Under the pieces are notes generated by a model. The model did no database searches. It had not been told where the DNA came from and worked only from the letters and a program-made list of their open reading frames with translations. This document shows positions 29,296 to 36,678 of a DNA stretch of 64,000 nucleotides, piece by piece. The first letter of the stretch is position 1. Each line of letters opens with the position of its first letter. The DNA lies in the NCBI GenBank assembly GCA_024278175.1, contig JAJRTS010000003.1:6679-70678 (forward strand), in the 5' to 3' direction. The position numbers and the translations under genes were made by a program. The DNA is from Gemmatimonadales bacterium. GTDB lineage: Bacteria; Gemmatimonadota; Glassbacteria; GWA2-58-10.

Positions 29296-30807
29296 ATGCG
29301 GAATCCCAAGTCATTGCCGGTCCCGGCTGCTCTGGCGACAGCACTGTTGCTGACCGCGGGAGCGGCGCTCGCCCAAAGCGACACCACGGGTTACAGGGAT
29401 ATGATGGCGGATGTTTTCTCGCCGGTCTGCCTTAACTGCCACGACAGCGAACTCAGTAATCGCAGCGGCGCGCCTGCCGAAATTAATTTCAATACTTACA
29501 CATTGGCCGCTGCCAACGCCGGCGCCGGCAATACCCGTGTCCAGGCCGGTACCATGCCGCCCGCCTCTTTCGGGTCTCTCACCGCTTCCCAGAAAAGCAC
29601 CTTCCAGGCCTGGGTGGACCAAGGCACGCCGCTCGGCACGATTGTGGACTACCAGGACCTGCGCTCACAGCTTTTCCAGCCCGTGTGCATGAACTGCCAC
29701 AGCAGCACGGCCAGCAACCGTAAGGGCGCACCCGCATCTGTGAATTTTGATACTTTCGCCGCGGCAAGAACAAGCGCGGTCAAGGGCAACAACCGGGTCC
29801 AGGCCGGCACCATGCCACCCTCCTCTTTCGGCTCGCTTACGGCCGCCCAGCAGAGCGCTTTTCAGGACTGGGTCTGGCTCGATACCCCCAGCGGCGAGCG
29901 AGTCACCTATCAAACCCTCTCCGATTCCCTGCTGAAGGATTCCTGCGTGCTCTGCCACGACAGTAACAAGAGCGCAAGCTCCCGTGGGGGCGCACCTGCC
30001 AGTGTAAACTTCGACAGCTATACAGCCACCGTGGCCAGCGCCAATATCGCCAACAACCGAATCCAGAGTGCGACCTCATCTCCCCACGGGCCGCAGAGCC
30101 AGAGCATCAAGGACTTGTTCTTCAACTGGATCTACGCGGGCATACCGGAAAGCGACACGCCTGCCTGGCCTGTCTGCGACCTGGACGGCAGCGGGGTGGT
30201 GGAAACCGCCGATGTTATCTGGCTGATCCTGTTCATCCGGGACAACTCATTTGACGAGACCTACGACCTCAACAACGACGGCAGGCTCAGTATCGGCGAT
30301 GTGGTGACGCTGGTGGTAGCTATCCGCAACGGCGCGTGCAGCGATGGCGGCTCGTTACTGGCCTCGGCCGACGCGCACAACACGCCGCGGTGGCTCGCCA
30401 CTCTCCCGGACCAGGACAAGGCCGATGTGGAGAACACCCAAGCCATGCTGAGCCTGAGCCCCGAGGAAGAAGCCGCGTTCCGTCAGGCTCTCCACGGTGG
30501 TACCGGCCGGGCCGCCCTGCCCCGCGCTTTCAGCCTGGGCCAGAACAGACCCAACCCGTTCAATCCGGTCACCACTATCAGTTTCACTGTACCCGAGGGG
30601 GCCGGGGCCAGAGTGAGGATCGAGGTATTCGACATCTCCGGCAGGCTGGTTGCCGTGCTGGCCGACCAGTTCAAGGCAGCCGGCAGCTACTCGGTGTTCT
30701 GGGACGGCTCGGACGGTAACGGAGCGGACGTGTCCAGCGGAATCTATTTCTACCGGATGCGGGCCGGGGACTACCTCCAGACACGCAAGATGGTGCTGCT
30801 CAAGTAG
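29296..30807 (+). CDS. Secreted tri-heme c-type cytochrome with dockerin-like module and C-terminal T9SS type A/FlgD-Ig sorting domain
   Basis: AGGAG RBS and signal peptide (AALA-Q). CLNCH, CMNCH and CVLCH at aa 45, 131 and 217. Paired Ca-loops DLDGSGVVETAD / DLNNDGRLSIGD. C-terminus FSLGQNRPNPFNPVTTISF...SSGIYFYRM...TRKMVLLK. Confidence 0.85.
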   Translation: MRNPKSLPVPAALATALLLTAGAALAQSDTTGYRDMMADVFSPVCLNCHDSELSNRSGAPAEINFNTYTLAAANAGAGNTRVQAGTMPPASFGSLTASQKSTFQAWVDQGTPLGTIVDYQDLRSQLFQPVCMNCHSSTASNRKGAPASVNFDTFAAARTSAVKGNNRVQAGTMPPSSFGSLTAAQQSAFQDWVWLDTPSGERVTYQTLSDSLLKDSCVLCHDSNKSASSRGGAPASVNFDSYTATVASANIANNRIQSATSSPHGPQSQSIKDLFFNWIYAGIPESDTPAWPVCDLDGSGVVETADVIWLILFIRDNSFDETYDLNNDGRLSIGDVVTLVVAIRNGACSDGGSLLASADAHNTPRWLATLPDQDKADVENTQAMLSLSPEEEAAFRQALHGGTGRAALPRAFSLGQNRPNPFNPVTTISFTVPEGAGARVRIEVFDISGRLVAVLADQFKAAGSYSVFWDGSDGNGADVSSGIYFYRMRAGDYLQTRKMVLLK

Positions 30808-30840
30808 CATTTGCTTTTGGCAACGGATATCGGGTAAAAT

Positions 30841-30872
30841 AAAGGGACGGCCTTAAGGGGCTGTCCCTTTTT
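30841..30872 (+). terminator. Intrinsic terminator-like hairpin after the cytochrome gene
   Basis: aaagggacggcc...ggctgtcccttttt stem with one G-U pair and a T tail. Confidence 0.7.
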
Positions 30873-30938
30873 ATGAAAAACCCGCAGAATGCTCCGCCTT
30901 GTGGCGGGGTAATTCATTTCTTTTTGCCCGGGGGTGAT

Positions 30939-31913
30939 ATGCGAAACCAACTGCTGGCTGTGTCCTGTGCGCTCATATTAGCACTGGCAGGCTGCGGCAG
31001 CCGTGCTGCTGACCAGACACCACAACAACAGGCTGCGGCGGACAATGACGGGAGGCATTGCATGTTGCTGCGTGCCGGGGAGATCGAGGCAATTATCGGC
31101 GATGGATCGAGAATCCGCAACCACCCCGGGATCTGGCTGCTGGCCAGCCAGTACAGCCCGTTCAACGTGGCCCATAACAAGAGCGCGATGATGCTCGGCG
31201 GCGGCCTTCGTAACCGCCAACCCACCTTGAGAAAACTGGACGATTTTTCCTGCGCATTGGAGCGCTCATCCACACCTGACGATCCCTCTGACATCAGGGC
31301 AATCTACCGGATCAGTGCGCCTTATTACCTGGACTACGAGCACAATATCCGCGATACGGCCGACCGGATTGACTCAAGCCTGGACTATCGCTCCGTGGGG
31401 TTCGCCAATTATACGAACAGCCCCGATGATCTCAGGATTCACTTCATTTCCAATGGAGAGTGGTTTCGCTGGACTCCCGACAGACACGGCGGCGAGGGCA
31501 GCGCCGTGGCGCCCTCCTACCTTCCGGCCGCTAAGCTCGAGGTCTGGCCCGAGGGGCATCCTGACCCGTCTTTCTGGTGGTACAAGCGGCTTGATCGTGG
31601 ATTCGACGAGCCTTTCTTCTACGGGCGGTTCGAGGACATGGTGCTGATCTGGGTCTTCGACCAGCCGCGCTATCTCCGGTTCTTCCTCTCCCCTGAGGGC
31701 GGCGGCAGGAGCCATCGCGAGGGCAAAACAAGCACGGCCTGGGATTTTGAGTGGATTATTCCGCGCGACCAGTGGCAGGTGGGCAAGTGGTACCGCTTCC
31801 GCGCCAGGTTGATCCTGAAGCGCTACGCAGGCGACGACGACGTGCTGCTGGAGGTGAGGAAAGCCCAGCAGGAATTAGGATTTGAGACCGTAGTGGCGGT
31901 GGATGACAAATAG
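30939..31913 (+). CDS. Hypothetical lipoprotein (beta-rich)
   Basis: GGGGTGA RBS, lipobox LALAGC, host-like codon usage; no recognisable motif. Confidence 0.7.
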   Translation: MRNQLLAVSCALILALAGCGSRAADQTPQQQAAADNDGRHCMLLRAGEIEAIIGDGSRIRNHPGIWLLASQYSPFNVAHNKSAMMLGGGLRNRQPTLRKLDDFSCALERSSTPDDPSDIRAIYRISAPYYLDYEHNIRDTADRIDSSLDYRSVGFANYTNSPDDLRIHFISNGEWFRWTPDRHGGEGSAVAPSYLPAAKLEVWPEGHPDPSFWWYKRLDRGFDEPFFYGRFEDMVLIWVFDQPRYLRFFLSPEGGGRSHREGKTSTAWDFEWIIPRDQWQVGKWYRFRARLILKRYAGDDDVLLEVRKAQQELGFETVVAVDDK

Positions 31914-31959
31914 CTGCAAAGACACGGCATGCCGCGTCTTTTTCCGTTTCCGGCAAAGA

Positions 31960-32280
31960 TCAGCCAAGCGCTGCCTCCACAAGCTCGCGTGTGATCAGAT
32001 GGTGGCTCCAGTGCTCGATGACCATGCCGTCCCCGATCAGCAGCAGTTGCGGAGACTCGTGGAGCACTCCCAGTTTTTCTGCCAGCTCGTTGGAGATATT
32101 GCGCTGCTCCTGCACTACCACAAGGTAAACATCGAGATCCGGATTATCCGCCAGCAGACTATCCAGCTCGCGCTTTGCCCGGCTGGAGATCGGGCATGTG
32201 GCGCTGTGCTTGAGCACCATCAGTTTCTGGCCCCGGCTGGCCACCAGTATCTCGTCCACTGTTTTTACCTGCTTGTACAT
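31960..32280 (-). CDS. ytxJ: YtxJ/BrxC-family monothiol bacilliredoxin-like protein (DUF2847)
   Basis: LKHSATCPISSRA, VQEQRNISNELAEKLGVLHESPQLLLI, WSHHLIT; GGAGG RBS before ATG 32280. Confidence 0.85.
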   Translation of the reverse strand: MYKQVKTVDEILVASRGQKLMVLKHSATCPISSRAKRELDSLLADNPDLDVYLVVVQEQRNISNELAEKLGVLHESPQLLLIGDGMVIEHWSHHLITRELVEAALG

Positions 32281-32390
32281 CCGACCTCCCTCTGCTTTCG
32301 CCTTTTCATGCTCAGGGACGCTCAGGCTCAGCCGTTTCGTCAACATGCGCTTAATTGCACTGAACACTCCGGTTCTCTCCTCGTGAGTTG

Positions 32391-34070
32391 TTATTTGCCT
32401 GGTTTCGCCTGGTTGACCGATAGGTTAAGCTGTTTTCCGCCGGGCAGTTCCAGCTCAATTCCATCGATCAGCTTGCTGCCGGTCAGAGTTCTGCTCTCTT
32501 TGCCCACGCCGCCGTCCAGCCGGTAGAGCTCCAGCGGCCGGGCTGTAAACCACTCGGCGAACGCGTTGATTCTCGGGTAGTTGGCGCTCATCCCCAGCCA
32601 CTGGGAGTAACGCTGCCTGTCGAAGAACAGCTTACCGCGCCAGGGCTTCTCGCTGCTCAGGTAGAGTTCGAGACTTTCGCTGTCACCGCCGAAGCGGGCG
32701 GCGATCCGCAGGTCCTCGCGCCAGGGCGCAAGGCGGCAGCCGGCACTTTTCCAGAACGCGTACATCAGGGCCGTGCGCGCGAAATTCCCATCACCCCACC
32801 AGCCCTCGATTACCCCGTCATCGCGCTGCATGGCCAGCATCCTGCCTATTTCATGGTCGACCCATTCGCCGGCGCCCGGCTCCGGCAGATAGCTCAGCAG
32901 CAGCAGCGCGCCCTCCACCGCGTCGGCGATCCCGTCTTGCGACTGCCCGCTTTCGCCGCGCGGCTCCCAGCGGTAATCCTTGAATTGGTTCAGGTTCCCC
33001 AGCGCCCGCCGCACAGGGACCAGGTAGGACTCATCCCCCGTGGCCATCGCCATCGTGATCCAGGCGTAATAGTCATAGCCCCAGTTATCGGAAACGGCGC
33101 CGCGCGTTAACTCGCCCGTGGCGGCGTCGACCTCGTTGTAGAAAAATCCCAGGCTGTCGGTGCCGATCTCAACCGAGCGCCGCAGCATTCTGTCGATCGC
33201 CGGAAAATACGTATCCGCGCGGCGGCTGCCCAACTCCTTTTCGATAGCGTAAAGCAGAGTCAGCCCGCTGATAATTTCGCAGCCGTGATCGCGCAGCTTC
33301 AAGCTGCCGTCGCCCGTGTGGCTGCTGAAATCCCAGAAATGGGCCGGGACCCCGTAATTGCCCGGCAGAACTTCAAAACAGTAGGCGTCGCCTATCCTGC
33401 GCGAGAACTCCAGGTATTCCTCCCGCCCGGTCATCCAGTACAGGCGACACAGTACCTGGAGCATCTCCCCGTTCACTTCGGCATCGTTCGAGGGCAGCTT
33501 GCCCCACGCAGTCTCCAACGGAGCAGCGCTGATTATCCCCTCCGCAAGCGCGGCCATCCGCTGTGACCAGACGCCGGGGCCGAGGATTTCCAGCATCGGC
33601 ACCAGACCGTCCTTGGCGTACTCCGAGGCCCCGAATATCAGGCGATCCAGTTGCATGGGCACTTGCCTGCCGGCGGCCAAATCGAATGTGCCGGGCAGGC
33701 CGAATCGCTGGATCGTATGTTTCAGTTCCCCCACAAGCGAGTTTTCCAGCAGCGGACGGAACAGCTCCCGGCGGGTAAAAAACGCGGAGATCAGCATGAA
33801 CGGGAAATTATCGGCGGCGGAGTTGGCGGTGGTCCAGAGCGGGCTGTCGCCCAGCCGCTGCGGCAGCAGGCCGGTGGCCGGGTCAACCTGGGGCAGCCAG
33901 CCCTCCAGGAACTTCCGGCTGTGGTTGAACGCCTGTGCCGCCAACTGCGCATCATCAGCCAAAGCATCCTGACCGGGCGCACAATAGAGCGGTTTTGAAT
34001 CATAAAACAATATTGCAACACATAAAGCAATACATGATACGAATGAACATATCTTATTTACAATAAGCAC
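32391..34070 (-). CDS. Secreted hypothetical protein, probable (alpha/alpha)-barrel glycosidase-like fold
   Basis: 559-aa ORF with signal-like N-terminus and helical repeats (EMLQVLCRLYWMTGREEYLE, MATGDESYL, GDGNFARTALMY). Family not assignable; start uncertain. Confidence 0.65.
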   Translation of the reverse strand: MLIVNKICSFVSCIALCVAILFYDSKPLYCAPGQDALADDAQLAAQAFNHSRKFLEGWLPQVDPATGLLPQRLGDSPLWTTANSAADNFPFMLISAFFTRRELFRPLLENSLVGELKHTIQRFGLPGTFDLAAGRQVPMQLDRLIFGASEYAKDGLVPMLEILGPGVWSQRMAALAEGIISAAPLETAWGKLPSNDAEVNGEMLQVLCRLYWMTGREEYLEFSRRIGDAYCFEVLPGNYGVPAHFWDFSSHTGDGSLKLRDHGCEIISGLTLLYAIEKELGSRRADTYFPAIDRMLRRSVEIGTDSLGFFYNEVDAATGELTRGAVSDNWGYDYYAWITMAMATGDESYLVPVRRALGNLNQFKDYRWEPRGESGQSQDGIADAVEGALLLLSYLPEPGAGEWVDHEIGRMLAMQRDDGVIEGWWGDGNFARTALMYAFWKSAGCRLAPWREDLRIAARFGGDSESLELYLSSEKPWRGKLFFDRQRYSQWLGMSANYPRINAFAEWFTARPLELYRLDGGVGKESRTLTGSKLIDGIELELPGGKQLNLSVNQAKPGK

Positions 34071-34294
34071 TTAACGTCTCCTTCCAAAGGTAAGCGCACG
34101 GGCGCGGCAACAATTCATCGCAGATGACAGCTAATTTTCTTCTAATAATTGTGCCGGGAGGCCAGGCGCGCATTGTACCGTATCGCCATACCACCGTTGC
34201 TTGTGCCCTCCGGTATTATATATTAAATTTTTCTCAAGCGCAAAGCTTAACACTCCCTTGCTTCCGACACGCCTTCCCGTGCGAGGACATACCG

Positions 34295-36646
34295 GTGCGT
34301 TACTTTTACAGAATTCTTTATTCAGGCCTGCTGTTGCTGCTGCCGTTGGTCTGTTCCTGCCAGTTGGATGGCGGTCCCGGCGGACTGCAGAGCGAAGCCT
34401 ACAGCAGACTTAACTCTCTCTATAAACTCCATCCCCGCCTGCTTATTCCCGCCGGCGAGGACAGTCTGCTTCGCGAGCGGCTGGGAAGCTCCCACCGCAT
34501 GCTCTGGAAGCGCTACCTTCAGGACCTGCCCGGCAAGCTTGAGCGTGGGCGTTCATTCACGGCTGACCCGGACCGTGGCGAGGGTAACCTGGCCGCAGAT
34601 CTGGCGTTCGCCTGGCGCGCCACCGGCGAGGACAGTTTACTCGACGCCGCGCGCAGTTACCTGCTGAAACTGGCGAGCCTGGAAACCTGGGACCCGGATT
34701 ACGATCTTCTGCAGGGCCATCTGCTGCTGGGAACAGCGCTTGCCTACGACTGGCTCTACCATGAACTCAATCGCTCCCAGCGCGCGCTTGTGACCGCCAA
34801 ACTGGGTGACGAGGCCGAGGCGCAGTACCGGCAGATCACCCGCAACAGGGCCTGGTATCGCACCCAGTACCTGCAGAACCACGCCCATGTAAACTATACC
34901 GGGATGGCTTACGCCGCCGTGGCGCTCTACGGCGAGGACGCCAGGGCGCAGAAATGGCTGGCGGCCTGTGAGGAGTTTTTCCCCCGCGTGTTCGAGTTAA
35001 GCCCATCCGACGGCGGCTCCATAGAGGGACTGAGCTACGGCAACTATGCCATGGAGTTCTGCCTGCTCTATGCCGAGCTGGCCCGCGCTGCGCTGGGCAA
35101 GGACTACTATTCCAGTAAATGGATCGAAAATTATCCGCGCTACGTTCTGCACAGCACGCTTCCCGTTCAGACAGAGAAAGAGTGGGCGATGACGTTCGGC
35201 GACAGCCCTCGCCACGGCAACTCTCACGGGCCGGAGCAGATGCTGTATCTGATCGCCTCCCGGCTCAACGACCCCAGCGCGCAGTGGCTGGCCAATCATC
35301 TGATCGCCCTGAACGATTCGGGCCTGGCCAGCGCATCCTGGTGGGCGCTGCTCTGGTATGACCCGAACGTGGGAGAATCCTCGCCGGCCTCGTTCGCACC
35401 CCTGCACCGTTTTAACGAAATCGGGCAGGTGGTGACGCGCACCGCCTGGCAGGATACGGCAGCCACCATGATCGCCCTTAAGAGCGGCGCGTTCATGGGC
35501 GATTCCAACGCGGAGGGCGCCGTGTTCGATCTGGGAGCGGCCCACGGGCACCCGGATGCAGGCAGCTTTCAGCTTTACTCTCATGGGCGTTTTCTGCTGA
35601 TCGATCCAGGTTACACCTCTTTCAAGAGTACGGCCAACCACAACACCCTGCTGGTGAAGGGCCGTGGCCAACTGGGCGAGAACGAACCCTGGTTCGCCGC
35701 CGCGGAGGCGATTCAATACGGCCACCGGCCGCGGGTGCTGGAAACGTTGTCCACCACTGCTTACGACTACATCCTTGCCGATATCGCCCCCGCGTACCAT
35801 CCCGCGCTCAATCTGAGCAAGGCGCTGCGCCACCTGCTGTTCGTCAAACCGGACATTCTGCTGATAGTCGATGAGGCGATCCTGGGAGACACGGGTGTGC
35901 TCTACAGTTGGCCCGCCGATACGCTGGAACTCTCCGGCCTGCTGCGCCTGGAGGACGGTTACGTGGTTGGCAGCCGCGGCAGCGCCGGTGCCACATTCGC
36001 CGGCGTGGGGGGCGACTATACGGTCGGGGTAAGCTATCTCGACAACTTCCCCGGTAGCGGCTCGTACAGCCTGCTGATCAACGGGGAGAAAATATCCGCT
36101 TGGAAAAACCATGCCGAGGCAACCGACACGCACCTGAAACTGATAGAGTCCGTGCGGCTTGATCCCGGCTGCAAAATCAGCGTGGCAGCGGACCCGATGG
36201 GCCGGGAAGCCAGGATTGTCAAAATCACCGCCCACAGCAGCCGTGTCCGCCAGCCGCGCAGCGTAACCTGGCTGGCTCATTTCGACCCGTCGGTTAAGCT
36301 GGAGCGCAAGTACACCTGGATCGAAGCGGACGCCGGCGAGTTGCTAGTCGATATCCACCCCCTGGCTCCCGAACATCGCTCCCACGACTGGGGCATCCAC
36401 ACGGTCAAGGGTGGGCGACAGATCAAGCAGACCATGCGCCTGGAGATAACACCGGCGTTCACCGACTCGGCCACCACGATGATGAACCTGCTCTTTATCC
36501 GCCCCAAGGGCGGCAGGCCGCTGCAGTGGCTGCGCGCGGGCATTACCGGCAGGACCGCCACGGTGCGCTACTACCGCGACCAGCGTCTGCATACGATCAC
36601 CTTGAATCTCGACACCAGGGAAATCGGTATAGAGCCGCAGGATTGA
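34295..36646 (+). CDS. Heparinase II/III-like polysaccharide lyase lipoprotein (DUF4962 N-terminus) with an inserted beta-sandwich domain
   Basis: GAGGA RBS with GTG start; lipobox-like VCSC; HPRLL, ALAYDWLY, QNHAH, DGGSIEGLSYGNY, HGHPDAGSF, IDPGY...STANHNTLLV. Confidence 0.8.
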   Translation: MRYFYRILYSGLLLLLPLVCSCQLDGGPGGLQSEAYSRLNSLYKLHPRLLIPAGEDSLLRERLGSSHRMLWKRYLQDLPGKLERGRSFTADPDRGEGNLAADLAFAWRATGEDSLLDAARSYLLKLASLETWDPDYDLLQGHLLLGTALAYDWLYHELNRSQRALVTAKLGDEAEAQYRQITRNRAWYRTQYLQNHAHVNYTGMAYAAVALYGEDARAQKWLAACEEFFPRVFELSPSDGGSIEGLSYGNYAMEFCLLYAELARAALGKDYYSSKWIENYPRYVLHSTLPVQTEKEWAMTFGDSPRHGNSHGPEQMLYLIASRLNDPSAQWLANHLIALNDSGLASASWWALLWYDPNVGESSPASFAPLHRFNEIGQVVTRTAWQDTAATMIALKSGAFMGDSNAEGAVFDLGAAHGHPDAGSFQLYSHGRFLLIDPGYTSFKSTANHNTLLVKGRGQLGENEPWFAAAEAIQYGHRPRVLETLSTTAYDYILADIAPAYHPALNLSKALRHLLFVKPDILLIVDEAILGDTGVLYSWPADTLELSGLLRLEDGYVVGSRGSAGATFAGVGGDYTVGVSYLDNFPGSGSYSLLINGEKISAWKNHAEATDTHLKLIESVRLDPGCKISVAADPMGREARIVKITAHSSRVRQPRSVTWLAHFDPSVKLERKYTWIEADAGELLVDIHPLAPEHRSHDWGIHTVKGGRQIKQTMRLEITPAFTDSATTMMNLLFIRPKGGRPLQWLRAGITGRTATVRYYRDQRLHTITLNLDTREIGIEPQD

Positions 36647-36678
36647 CCCCGCGCAACCTCAAACACCGGATGGCGGCG

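Noticed and set aside
29390-30150. 258-nt periodic DNA repeat considered as a CRISPR or other non-coding array
   Set aside because: The repeats are in-frame, diverged protein-domain duplications, with no identical repeats and unique spacers. No CRISPR array or cas gene was seen anywhere in the window.
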